This document shows positions 1 to 11,870 of a DNA stretch of 20,000 nt, one piece after another; positions within the stretch are counted from its first letter, which is position 1, and each line of letters starts with the position of its first letter. Origin of the DNA: Welwitschia mirabilis (lineage: Eukaryota). The notes under the pieces were generated by a model. It did no database searches and was not told the origin of the DNA. It saw only the letters and a program-made list of their open reading frames with translations. The DNA lies in contig JBOZIK010000001.1 of NCBI GenBank assembly GCA_051453625.1, positions 3,194,777-3,214,776 on the forward strand. The letters run 5' to 3'. The translations under genes and the position numbers were made by a program.

Positions 1-446
1 GTAATAATTGATACTATTCATCTTCAATAGGAAATTGATCTCTAATTGTGATCAATTGATGTTTATTTGCATGATCTAATATTTTATTTCTTTTCTTACT
101 TATGCATTTAACATTTAATAAGTAATTTTATTTTTTTATAGTAGTTCATCTTTCCAATAAAAATAAATTATAAACATCACATAATTGTCATAGTTATTGA
201 GGAATGAATAAAAAATTGATTTATTGTAGTATACAAAACTAATTGTAAGCTCTATCTAACATTTTGATTACTCTATATTACCAGTAAATGGACACCTTAC
301 CACGATTATAACATTGAATTATACCTTTACTTCTTTTACTTCTATAATCATTAATTCAACAATTAAATTTTGAGCATTATATTCTCTTTATAGAGGAACA
401 ACATTCTCACTATTATTAATTTGGCTCTACTACACTATAGTTATAA
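1..446 (+). mobile_element. 3' portion of the 5' LTR of a decayed Athila-type Ty3/gypsy retrotransposon (element 1)
   Basis: Lies directly upstream of an Athila-type PBS (451-468) and a gag remnant. The canonical terminal CA is not intact, so the right boundary is approximate. Confidence 0.55.
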
Positions 447-450
447 AATT

Positions 451-468
451 TGGCATTGTTGTTGGGAA
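451..468 (+). promoter_or_regulatory. Degenerate primer-binding site (tRNA-Asp type, Athila)
   Basis: TGGCATTGTTGTTGGGAA versus Athila consensus TGGCGCCGTTGCCGGGGA. All 6 mismatches are C>T or G>A transitions. Confidence 0.7.
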
Positions 469-1189
469 GTATTTGGTAATACATCCCTTTAATTATCATA
501 CTTTATAATTTTATTAATTTTTTAAATATTATTGCATTCTAAAATCACATGTACATATTAACACTAATGACTCAAGAGAATGAATCTATATATAGACATG
601 AAGATATATTTTATTTTTTTTACTATAATTCTAAAATTTAAGGTTTTGAATTCATCATCAAACCTTGATGTACTATTTTTTGAATCCTAACCCTTTGTTT
701 CACATGTTGTGTGTCCTAATATGATATTTATTTGATATTAAATCAGTACTTTTTTGAAAATTTCTATAAATTGTACATTAAATTTGTGATATTTGTAATT
801 CTCTGATGTTGTTAGATATTAGATTTAGAGTTTGGATTTTTCTCTTTTACACATGCTTAGTTTTCTAAAACTTTTCTATATCTGTTATTAGAAAATCTTT
901 GAAATCTTATTTTCTTTAAGCAATTATGTTTTGTTTGTATTTTTCATTTTCAAATAAATTACTCTACTTCTTTCTTTGTGATAGTAATCTTTTTGATCTT
1001 AATGTTTTTATATCATCACATTTGTTCATCTATTAATATCATTAATTGTAATAAAGATGATTATGAATTATCAATTGTAATCATGGCTTCCTTTTCTAAA
1101 AACCATATGGTTTAAAATAAATATACAAACATTAATATTTAGAAACCTCAAATTCATGTAAAACTTATGTTTTGAAACCTAAATCAATC

Positions 1190-2530
1190 TTGAACTTGCA
1201 TAACCATATCAAATAATGTGAGAAGTCATTAGTTTAAACCTTTCTTGATTAATTCTCTTTCAACATATGGAAGTTTAAAGCATGAATATCACCACTCGTA
1301 CATTCAAGAATATGAAATTCTTATCCTTGCATTTGAAAACTATGTACTTCAGTAAATTGAAGATGCAAAATTAGTACTTTTCAATAAGAGACTTATGAAA
1401 AAGGTTAAATAAGAGTATATATCTTTAAAACCTTGAATAAAACTTGGGATATGTAAAACATGATTTTTCTTGAAACATTTCTTTCATACATATAAGACAT
1501 AAACACTTAGAAGAGATATCATGTATTAAAGAGGTATTAAAAAATACTTTTTATAATACATTTAATGAATTTAGAAAAAAACCTTTTATAATGCACTTAA
1601 TACATTAAAAGATATAGTGATAAAATCTCCAAAACATAATTATGAGTACTTCTAGAATTTGTTAATCTCACATGCTAGGCAATTCTTAAAAATTATAATG
1701 ATAAGTAAATTTGTAGGAAAGATTGTATATAAATCTTGAAAATTCATAGAAAACTTCAATGAAAATTTTGGAAAGTAGAAAACACCAAATGTAGTCATAA
1801 ATAAAAATAAAAAATGAAAATATTATAGTATTTTTAATATAGGTAATATTCCTAGAATTAGTTAAAATTTTAAGAAAATGTTCCCAAAAATTAAAAGTTC
1901 AAAACTTAGTACTTCAAATCCAAGCAAGGTATGTGTTACATCTATGAGTGATATGCATAACATTAAATAATGTCCCTTAATTCCATATTTCCAAGATGTT
2001 GTAGCTAAAGAAGTTAAAGTAATTAACATATTTAAAAAAGAATCCCATTTACTTTAGCAGATAATCCCAATTGAAGAAAACATTCTAACTTATTGTAAAT
2101 CAACAAAGTGTGACTAATTTTTTAACAACCCACATGATCAAAAATATAACTCTCATAGTGACCTATGCAAAAAGAACCATAGCTACACCAACAAATAAAT
2201 GGAAATAACATAGAAAACATCTTTATTAAATTCATGACATTATAAAATAAAATTTAAAAACTAATATACTAGATTTTTTAGCATAGAATAGAGAATGTAA
2301 TAATTTCTTAATTATTATCCACATATAAAGGAAATCAAAGAAATAATCAAAATCAACATGGAAGTTAAGTAAGAATTATAGAAACACAAGGGGAAAATAA
2401 CTAATACAAACTAATTCTATTACAATTAAAAGTGAAAAATAATATATAAAAGGTAAAAGCTTCAAACTTAGTAAAATCAAAAGAAGTTTCTCTACTAATC
2501 AAAGTTTAGTTTCATTGGAAGTTAAATAAT
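1190..2530 (+). pseudogene. gag: Athila-type gag, N-terminal part (Retrotrans_gag), many stops and frameshifts; interrupted by a LINE at 2530/2531
   Basis: Manual translation ~1235-1330 gives FKPFLINSLSTYGSLKHEYHHSYIQEYE (cf. LKP.LI..LPTFHGLE.ENPY.HI.EFE). ~1360-1450 gives DAKLVLF..SLKP..KTWD (cf. LKLFPFSL..W..SL.P.SI.TWD). Ends with EVK at 2518-2526. Confidence 0.8.
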
Positions 2531-2799
2531 GAAGGTAGATGCAGAAAGCAAGAGAAGTGCATAATTAAGATCAAGAAGAATAGGCTTGGATAGAGCAATA
2601 GTGGCTTGCAGGGAGGGTTGCAAGGCATACAGAGCATTTTCGGCATCAGATGGATTGTTATTACGAAAGAGGGAATTTACAATTAAGGTTTTACTTTGGT
2701 GTTTTGACGATTTATTTCTTTATAAACAGAGCTCCGTAAAAAGGGATAAAGTGAAGTTCTCCAAGGATGGTAGCATGTTGGTATTAGATGTAGATGACA

Positions 2800-4760
2800 A
2801 TGATGATGTCTAAATAGGGAAAAAATTCTAGTTTAGCCATATACGTAAGTTTATTTCTTCAGGACTTGGTCAATATTGGACCTTATTAGAGATTAGGTAG
2901 TCACGCAATGGATAAGAGTTAGTAGACTCCAAGATATTATCCTACTAGAGGGCCTAGTGCTATTTCAATTTGATAATGAAAAGTACAGAGATAAAGTGAT
3001 AGCAAGAAGCCCACGATTCTTTGTAGTAAGAGGACTTGCTTTATCTAAATGGATACTAGAGGCACAATTAAACCTAATCTATTCCAAAACCTTTCAATTT
3101 GGATTAGGATCTTCAAGTTCCTAGTGGAATTCTAGGATAAGAAGTTACTATAAACTATAGCCTTCTAATTCAAAGAACTCATTACGCTTGACTGAATCAC
3201 TATAAAGAAAACAAGGTTATTCCTTGTTAGGTTTTATGTTTGGATTTTGAGATAGCTAAATAAACTTAATCCATCAGATTCTAATCTAAATGGGTGAATG
3301 CATACTAAGCATTGGATATGAAAAACTTACCATTAGTATGTGGATCAAGTAGGAAGTTAGGGAATCCACTTGGTAGGTGCNNNNNNNNNNNNNNNNNNNN
3401 NNNNNNNNNNNNNNNNNNNNNNNNNNNNNNNNNNNNNNNNNNNNNNNNNNNNNNNNNNNNNNNNNNNNNNNNNNNNNNNNNNNNNNNNNNNNNNNNNNNN
3501 NNNNNNNNNNNNNNNNNNNNNNNNNNNNNNNNNNNNNNNNNNNNNNNNNNNNNNNNNNNNNNNNNNNNNNNNNNNNNNNNNNNNNNNNNNNNNNNNNNNN
3601 NNNNNNNNNNNNNNNNNNNNNNNNNNNNNNNNNNNNNNNNNNNNNNNNNNNNNNNNNNNNNNNNNNNNNNNNNNNNNNNNNNNNNNNNNNNNNNNNNNNN
3701 NNNNNNNNNNNNNNNNNNNNNNNNNNNNNNNNNNNNNNNNNNNNNNNNNNNNNNNNNNNNNNNNNNNNNNNNNNNNNNNNNNNNNNNNNNNNNNNNNNNN
3801 NNNNNNNNNNNNNNNNNNNNNNNNNNNNNNNNNNNNNNNNNNNNNNNNNNNNNNNNNNNNNNNNNNNNNNNNNNNNNNNNNNNNNNNNNNNNNNNNNNNN
3901 NNNNNNNNNNNNNNNNNNNNNNNNNNNNNNNNNNNNNNNNNNNNNNNNNNNNNNNNNNNNNNNNNNNNNNNNNNNNNNNNNNNNNNNNNNNNNNNNNNNN
4001 NNNNNNNNNNNNNNNNNNNNNNNNNNNNNNNNNNNNNNNNNNNNNNNNNNNNNNNNNNNNNNNNNNNNNNNNNNNNNNNNNNNNNNNNNNNNNNNNNNNN
4101 NNNNNNNNNNNNNNNNNNNNNNNNNNNNNNNNNNNNNNNNNNNNNNNNNNNNNNNNNNNNNNNNNNNNNNNNNNNNNNNNNNNNNNNNNNNNNNNNNNNN
4201 NNNNNNNNNNNNNNNNNNNNNNNNNNNNNNNNNNNNNNNNNNNNNNNNNNNNNNNNNNNNNNNNNNNNNNNNNNNNNNNNNNNNNNNNNNNNNNNNNNNN
4301 NNNNNNNNNNNNNNNNNNNNNNNNNNNNNNNNNNNNNNNNNNNNNNNNNNNNNNNNNNNNNNNNNNNNNNNNAGAAAACATGTTCATACTACAGGAAGAA
4401 GGGTTACTCTAGGAAGGAATTAAGGAAAATATAGGTTAAGGTAGAGAACAAAAAAAGATCCACATACCTTCTATAGAAAATCCAAATACAAGCTCAAAGA
4501 ATGGAAAAAGAGGATAACCAAAACTATAACCCATTTCAACCCTTAAAAACTGACAAGAAAGAGAAAGAACAACCATTAAGAAATCATAAGGATAATATTT
4601 AAGTGAGTGACATTGAGAAGCACACTAAGAGGATACCAAGTAACAAAGTCTTGAGGGATAGTTAAATATCTCAGAAAATGTGGTGAATAATGCTCATGCA
4701 ATGATTGAAAATACATTAAAAAAGAAGTTGGAGCATCAAATAACAGATGAAAATCAACTT
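2800..4760 (+). pseudogene. LINE ORF1 remnant (DUF4283 + degenerate CCHC zinc knuckle); middle lost in N gap
   Basis: ~2950-3060 GLVLFQFDNEKYRDKVIARSPRFFVVRGLALSKW (cf. FLFRF..E.DR..VL..GPW.F....L.L..W). ~3090 LSIWIRIFKF. ~3315-3380 YEKL/PLVCGSSRKLGNPLGRC (cf. YE.LP..C..CG..GH....C). Boundaries approximate. Confidence 0.8.
3381..4372. other. Assembly gap (992 N)
   Basis: Run of N. Confidence 1.
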
Positions 4761-4764
4761 AAGG

Positions 4765-7700
4765 GATTGTCTCACATGGAATTGTAGGGATCTAGGATTC
4801 CTCTATAAAAAATAGACCCTAGTTATTATTATCATAAATAATAATATTAATTTCACTTATTTTCAAGAAACCAAGATAAACTATTACAAAGATATAAGAA
4901 GGTTTTGGTAGGACTAGAATATTTTCACTATGAATATGAAAGGGATATTAAGAGGGGTTATGATTCTAACTAGGAAAGAAGCAAATCTGATTTACAGTGA
5001 CTAACATGATATATCCATTTATCTTAGGGAAGAGGATTGGGTCATAATAAATATCTATGACTTACAAACTCATATAAATAAGTCTTTAATAAACTACCAA
5101 ATGCAATCACAAATAAGAAAAGATGAATGGTGGTATCAAACTTCAATTAGAGGCTACATAGATGGGAAAAGATAGAAGGGAATAATTAGAAAAAATAAGG
5201 GAAAAGATAGATGAAGAGAGCTAACCTGGTCATGTTCATAATAGATAGAATTATGATATGAAGAGAGATTACAAGTAAAATATTAATCAAAGCATGAGAT
5301 CTTAATAGAATCACTTCAGATCATAAACCCATTATATTTTGAATTGGAATGATTTAACCCACTCTAAATACTTCTTCAAGATGGAAAGGTATTAGATTGG
5401 AAGAGAAGACATAAGAATTTTAATAAAAAGAATCTAAAAGAGTAAGATAAAGCTAGATCTATTATGTTTATATATAGAGGATTGCACATGCTCAAAAACT
5501 TCTTGGAAGATGGAAAAAGATAAATATTCAGATCCCATAAAGAGCATGAAAAGAAGCTATAAGAGGCTTAGGATGAACAAGAACAATGAGGAGATCAGTA
5601 TAATCTCAGAAAATATAGTTTCCTCCAGAAACTTTGGGAGATTCTTTCAAACGAAAAGAAATATTGAAAAGAAAGATCTATAATTAAATGCTTATAGAAG
5701 AAAGATAAGTACATCATTTTTTTTTTTTCATTAGGCGAATCAGCACAAAATTATTAATAAGATAAGGAAACTCAGGTTAGGAAACAAAATGGTAGACAAG
5801 GAAGAAGTCATTAAGATGAAAATGAAAAAGCACCTTAAGACTATCTAAGAAAGAAAGGATGTCATCCTAGAGTTGCTAGTCATCAAAAGTAATATTATTA
5901 AAGAGGAAAATAAGGGTCTAGATAAACCTATTAATAGGGAAGAGGTAAGAAAAGCTATTAAGTATATAAAAGATAAAACATCCCTAAGGCTAAATGATTG
6001 GCCCATTGAACTATTTAGAGATTACTTTTCCATTCTAGATGAATACATCCAAGATGTTATATAAGACGTATTTAATAATAATTAAATTTCAATGGAGATC
6101 AATAAGACAAGAACAGACCATATATCAAATAATATTAAGGCCAATACCCTAGGAGATTAAAAACTAGTTGGAATATGTAATGTACTTTACTGGATCTTTG
6201 CTAAAAATTATAGTTAACTGTAGCATCCCCTACTTTCCCAAGTTATCTCTTTATACCAACATGGCTTCATTTATTTTAGGAATATCCAAGACTAAATTTT
6301 ACTCACTCATGAAATTACTCATTTTAAAAAAAAAAACATATATTCTCTTTGATGCTCACTAAAATTGATATAGCTAAGGCATATGATAGAGTTAGTTAAA
6401 GAGCCTTGGACACCATTTCCAAGAAAATAGGATATAATAAAGACTTCATTAATTTATGGATGAACATATGGGCCTTAGTCAAGTTCTGCCTAGAGATGAA
6501 CAATAATAGGTTAGAATACTTTACAGTAGGATAAGGTTTAAGACAAGTAGATCCCTTGTCTTCTTACTTATTTTTGTTTGTTATAGATGTATTACAGGAA
6601 ATGCTATAAAAAATGGAGTTAGAGGAATTAAGATTAGTCAAAAAATTTTTGTAAATAACCACTATGTAGATGATACTATAATCATGATTTAAGCCTCTTG
6701 TCAGGAAGCCAAGGCCAATAGAAATACCATGAAACTATTTATCAGAGTTAGTAGTCTTAAAGCTAATAGGAGCAAAACAAAACTTTACTTTATTAGTCAA
6801 AATGTTAAATGAAGAGCTAATATCATTCAAATTTATAAGCAAGGAGAAGAGATTAATGATATTGACCTAGAAGATTCTCCTAAAGAATTAGCATAAAATA
6901 TAAACTTGGCAGTACATTCTCAAAAGCATTCAAAGGCAATATGGTACTTGGACCAATACATTTCCATCCTTAAAAGCAAAAGTTATCCTAGATAATTTTT
7001 ACCTTATTTCTTCTATTAGATATATATAACATTCGTTATTATCCCTCCCCTCCCACCAAATTCATCATTGAAAAATTTAATAGAATTCTCAAAGACTTCA
7101 TATAGTTAAGGGAAAAGGAGAGAAGTAGAATTCTCCTGTGTAAATGAGACTTCATTGCCCATTCAAATGATTCAGGAGGATGGGGTATTAGAATATTATT
7201 TATTGATATGTTCTTACCATATTATTAGGAGATTGCAAAAAGGGGAACTATCATGGAGTGAATTAATCAAATATAAGTACAACCTATGGGACAAAAAGAT
7301 AGGCAAATCATGCTTATGAAGTCACTTATGTCAGAAGAGCTTTATATCTTAAGAATTACATAGGAAGCATTAATAAAAAGTATAAGTTAGGAAGAATGTA
7401 ATATTTTTAGAAAGGATTAAGTATTGATAAAAGCAAGATATTCTTGTGGTTGAAAAAACATGACAAGATTCTAACTGGAGATAATTTAAATAAAAGAGAG
7501 ATGTTAGGTCTTCCAAGTATCCCATATGTCAATCCACATCAGATTCTATTAGACACTTGTTTAATGAGTTTACTTTAGAGTTAGTACATTACTATCATAA
7601 TGACAAGTTTATAAAAAGTAAGAAGGAAGTACTATCTTTAACAGAAGAAGGAATTTCACATAACCTCATGGAAGATATGAATGGCTCAAAATCACATAAT

Positions 7701-8925
7701 ATTTACTAATGTATCACTATTCATCCCAATATATTTAGTTAGAAACCTTAAATGCCACTTTTTTAGAATCAGAGTAGTAAAGTAATGCCTTTACATGAGT
7801 TAGAGATTCTAGATCTTTATGAGGGGTGCCTAGAGTTATGGACCAAGAAATGGGATGGTAAACACTTTTTTATAAGTTAAAGTGAGAGTCAAAGGTGGAT
7901 ATCACCTCTTTCTATAGAAGATGGAGGACAATTCCATCAGGTGTAAAAGAACATAAATAGATCTCATGGAAGAATCCCTAGCTAGTTACTTGAAGGTTCC
8001 AACTAAAGAAGAGAAGATTTCCTTGGAAACCAAGGGTAAAGGGAAGTCGATTATTTCTTCATAGATGGTAATCCAAAGCTGTCTAATGGTCATATTCCTA
8101 AAGAATCCCTTTTAACGTTTGGGGGATGAAGAAAAAATTAGAGGACAAGTACTTTGTACTATCAAGTTTCAATTTGAAATTGATAAGAATTCATTTTGTT
8201 TTTCTTAAGCATTTGGTTTAAGACATAGAATTAATATTCTATATTATTTCCTCTAAGTGCTTAGAAAAAAAATACAAACTTAGATACTCTAGCCATATGA
8301 TGGTTATTTGGAGGATGGCTTTAATAAGACAAGAGATATCATAGGGCCCTTTAATGCAAAGAAGGTAAAGGAGTAAAGAGAAGAATAACCTCTTAAATAA
8401 AAAGAAAAATAAATCCTTAAGGGAGCTACAAAATAGTGTGGACCAAGATGGAATTAATGGATTAGATTTGGATTTACTTTTAAGAATCAAATAAAGGCAA
8501 CCACATCCTTAAGCCCTAAAGGAAAGGCAAGGCCTCAACTAGAGTTAAAAAAAAAGGAAGATACATAAGAGAAGTAATGTAAGGAATAGGAAGAAGAAGA
8601 AGCATAACAAGATTAAGGTAAGGCTTAGTCAGAGATAGGCCAAGAAACCAAACTAGAGGAGCTAGACTTAGAGGAGGCTAGAAGCTTAATTCTTTTTGGA
8701 ACTATTAAAGGAATATAGAAATGCCATTTTTTTGTTCTAGGAGTTAGCCATGAAAACCTTTTAAGTACCATCAAAATAATTTATAGGAAAAACACCCTTA
8801 AACTTCATCCCCAAAAGATCCCCAAAGAATTTAAATCTTTTAAAGAAATTAATCAAGATTTTGAGGCTTTGATAGATGAGCTTAAAATAATATTAGACCT
8901 ATTCTCAAGCTATAAGAGATTTTAA
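4765..8925 (+). pseudogene. LINE ORF2 remnant: APE endonuclease, reverse transcriptase, zf-RVT and possible RNase H-like tail
   Basis: Endonuclease: CLTWNCRDLG (~4768), FQETK (~4862), IDRI (~5240), TSDHKPI (~5313). RT: INREEVRKAI (~5930), ICNVLY (~6173), KIDIAKAYDRVS (~6362), GLRQVDPLSSYLF (~6535), YVDDT (~6663). Downstream: SGGWGIR (~7172), KIFLW..HDKILTGDNLNKR..PICQSTSDSIRHLF (~7435-7562), WKI*MAQNHIIF (~7669). The 3' end is approximate. Confidence 0.92.
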
Positions 8926-9147
8926 TGTTTATTTTCATTCTATTAGTATTTATCATTATGATAGTATGGATTGTGATTTAGATTGGTATTACATAATTCC
9001 TCATAAATTATGGATTTTCTTTTTGATTTTTAAAGTATTAATAGTCTAGCTCCTTTATAAGGGGGTGCTCCTAGCTTTGTACAATACTTTATTTGTGAAT
9101 TATATAATTTTTTGAGCTATCTTTTGGTTTAAAAGGAAAAAAATAAT

Positions 9148-9715
9148 TTTCTCTAAGACATGAGAAATATAATGAAAACAATGATTCTACACCTATATCA
9201 CATGCTTCTCATTTATCTTTTCTTTTTATATATAATAAATAGAAGAAAAGACAAAAAGATCAAAAAAATCTTAGAGATATTTAATGAACTAAAAATCAAC
9301 ATATAATGATTACGTATTATTAAAAAATCCTTAGTTACTTTAAGTTCATTAAAGATCTTACAAGGATTATGAGAAAACATAATGTTAAAAGTAATATAAT
9401 CCTAATTAAAAAAATTAGTTTTTCAAGACAAAATTAAGATTCCCCTCAATATAAAAATCCTCGTAATCCCATTATCTAGTAGAATTAGTGGATACATCAT
9501 AGATATAATGTCACACACAAATTTTTCAAGTCCAAGGATTTAGCTTAAAAATTTAATTAAAATAGTTTTATGGAGTTCTCAAGCTAACATAGATATTATG
9601 TTTATTAAGATAACATTGTATTATGAAAAATTTTGTACTTCTAAGTTCTTCATTTTGTAAAAGTCATAATATTATTTTATAATCCTCAAGAATGATCTTT
9701 AATAGTTGCATTAAT
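9148..9715 (+). pseudogene. gag-pol: Continuation of Athila element 1: gag C-terminus and aspartic protease remnant
   Basis: ~9268-9470 ILEIFNELKINI..SYFKFIKDLTRIMRKHNVK..PQYKNPRNPII (cf. ILEV.KQVKINIPLLD.IKQ.P.YAKFLKDLCT.KRK.NVK...PKYKDPG.PTI). The catalytic DLGAS segment appears deleted. Confidence 0.8.
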
Positions 9716-9729
9716 ATTATTTTTCTTAT

Positions 9730-10045
9730 GTGATTATTTCATTCTTCTTGATTTTATATAGAAAATTATTGCTATGTATCCTTAATCTAGTCAAATTATT
9801 ACATTTATCTATTTTAAGATTTCTAGTGGTGTAAATTTTATTGTGAAAATTTCATGCAATATTACTTTACATTTTGCAGTAGTCATAATATTGCCATTGT
9901 TAAAAATTCTTATGATTTAAGTATGATTCATGTGGTTAAAATTTTGTAACTATTGCACTTATATTTGAAAAATAGTTTAAATATGATTTTTAAAAATTTC
10001 TTATTATTGTAATATTTGCATGATGGACATCACTATTTATCATTA
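9730..10045 (+). pseudogene. pol: Highly eroded Athila reverse transcriptase fragment
   Basis: YFILLD..IAMYP*SSQIITFIYF (cf. YYCFLDG..IAI.PEDQEKTTFTCPF), NMIFKNFL, CMMDITIY (cf. FMDDITVY). The motifs are in the expected order after the protease, but the similarity is weak. Confidence 0.45.
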
Positions 10046-10099
10046 TGATATAAATGCACCCAGTGGCCTGACAAGGGATGGAATAATGGTGGTTACATA

Positions 10100-11034
10100 G
10101 TCTCTACCAGCTTTTGTAACCTTGACAATCCTACTTTATGATGTTTTATCTTCATATTCTTATGACCTTTTGCATTACACCAAACCTCAGTTATAAATAG
10201 AACCCTCTTTTTCCTTTTTCCTCACTTTCATTTTTGGAGAAGCCTTCGCAACTGAATCTTGGAGCTTGGATAAGCCTTAGAACCTTTGAGCCTTAAAATG
10301 TTTAAAAATTCTTGAATCTTCATTTTAATATGGGTATGGTTTCATTTTATTCTTGCATCCTTGATTGGTATATTTCTTATGTGCATCCGTTTACGCTTTT
10401 TGCTTTTACTCATTTTCTTGTAAATATTATAAAGATATTATATGTTTGTGTATTTGGTGCTTCAATAATTACATTATCGATTATGAATCTTACTTTCTAT
10501 TGTCTTGTCCTCAATAAACTTTACTAAGTTATTCTTATAGAGAATTTATGTTTTGTTGATACATTATTCTCATGCTTTCTTTGATGTCTTGATTTCTTAT
10601 GATGTTATGAGATGAGTTTTCCATAGATTGCCAAATGAGTCAATGAAAAATGAGAACCCATAGATTATCGAATAAGGTAATGGAACTAATTGATTGATTG
10701 ATTAAAACACAGATTGCTGAATGAGGAAGTGGGCACCACAAATCACCGAGAGAGGTAGTGGAGTAAGAGAATATATGAAATATTATGAGAAATACATAGA
10801 TCATCGAGAGAGATAGTGAAGCCCATAGATTGCTGAACGAGGCAGTGGAGGATTACGAAAAATACATATGAAATATTTATTAAAAAATAGATTATTTCTC
10901 ATATCATTTTCATAAGGTCATTACTTGAAATTCTTGATTCTTATCTTATCAATCTTGAGACTTGGAATCTTAAAATCTTAATCTTTCCTTGCCATGAATC
11001 ATACTGGGAACTGTGGAGTCCTTTTTCTTACTAC
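10100..11034 (+). mobile_element. LTR remnant A, probably Tekay/Del-like gypsy
   Basis: TATA box TATAAATAG (10192-10200) followed by a CT-rich leader, an internal hairpin repeat array, and CATACTGGGAACTGTG (11000-11015). The same motifs occur in the same order at 13383 and 14095. Lineage assignment is from recalled LTR architecture. Confidence 0.5.
10621..10849 (+). repeat. Six degenerate ~27-29 bp repeats (consensus CCA(T/C)AGATTGCCGAATGAGGCAGTGGA)
   Basis: Copies start at ~10621, 10658, 10707, 10736, 10794 and 10823, with irregular spacing. Internal stem TTGCC..GGCAG. Confidence 0.8.
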
Positions 11035-11199
11035 TTTAGAATCAAACCTGCATCAAACCTGTGTTAGTTCAGAATCAAACCTACATCATCATTTTAACAC
11101 AGTAACTACCTTACTGCTCCACTAGAAAAGGCGTATGTTAAGTAAAAGAAATAGCTCATTTAAAATTGAACTTCCATTATATTATAAACAATGCAAATT

Positions 11200-11470
11200 T
11201 GATTTTCTTACAAGCCTATGTGCATCCCTTTTCTCCCTTTTGCATGGTCAAATTTCTTTCTAGTCTTCATATTCCTATGAGCTACTTTTATTTCATTTTT
11301 CCTAGTGCTCCTTCATCATAAAATCTTAGATGTAGCTACCTTTTGCAATGTGATTTTATTTGAACATTGTTTTCCTCTCTTCTACACCTTCTCATTCCAT
11401 GTTTTCATTTCTCCTATACATTAGTCGGTCGTCCCTCCTCAAGAAATGTATTCTTCTCCTTACCGGAATT
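11200..11470 (-). pseudogene. Possible CACTA/EnSpm TnpA-like (Transposase_24) fragment
   Basis: Minus strand reads KVAHRNMKTRKKFDHAKGRKG (copy 2: VAERNMRTRKKFDHAERRKG), resembling the S..N...RKK...H..GRKGY motif. Tentative. Confidence 0.35.
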
Positions 11471-11870
11471 ATTAATTGTCTTTGTCTTCATTAAAAGTTT
11501 AAAGATTTCAAAATGTAACTTTCAGATAGTATTTTTATAAATATGAGCTTAATCCATACCCTCTAGGATATAGGTAGTGTTTCTAGTAAAAAAACATACT
11601 CTGTTTTATCATTTTCAGATGTTTCCATTTACTGTTTTGAATTCCTCTTTTTTTTTTAAAGTTAAAAATGGCTTAAACATAAATTGCTAATGGTCTTTTC
11701 ATGGATATAAGCTTAATTTGTGCTCTTAAGAGTAGAAATGAAGTGTTTTCACTCAAAAACATACTATATTTTGTTAGTTTCAAACATTTTAAATTACTAT
11801 TACCATTTGATGAATAAACAACATAAAATAGTCTAAATAACTTCAGTAATTTGTTTTAATGATTAAATTA

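Larger units (their letters stand above)
2531..9140 (+). mobile_element. Near full-length, decayed L1-clade LINE retrotransposon nested in Athila gag
   Basis: Collinear ORF1 (DUF4283, zinc knuckle) and ORF2 (APE endonuclease, RT, zf-RVT) motifs, a T-rich 3' UTR and an A-rich tail (9131-9140). Candidate TSD AAATAAT at 2524-2530 and 9141-9147. Confidence 0.9.

Noticed and set aside
2556..2582. LRSRR peptide as an alternative continuation of the gag TLRSGK motif (later LINE start)
   Set aside because: Less favoured. The composition shift at ~2531, the TSD candidate and the rejoined EVK..SLRHEK all point to 2530/2531, though this is not proven.
3305..4434. Four long ORFs (348-366 aa) in the ORF track
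   Set aside because: Artefacts of reading through the 992-N gap.
8239..8490. 83-aa hydrophobic minus-strand ORF
   Set aside because: Antisense to A-rich LINE sequence, so the hydrophobicity is compositional.
10312..10527. 71-aa hydrophobic ORF (likewise 18861-19175)
   Set aside because: TTG-start chance ORFs in T-rich LTR or leader DNA. The second crosses the LTR end and PBS.
10621..10849. CRISPR-like appearance (~28-bp partly palindromic repeats with spacers)
   Set aside because: The repeats are degenerate, spacing is irregular (some adjacent), there are no cas genes, and the context is a eukaryotic LTR.
9820..11130. TTTCTAGTG (~9821) and CACTAGAAAA (~11120) as CACTA termini
   Set aside because: Short matches facing outward, with no subterminal repeats or 3-bp TSD.
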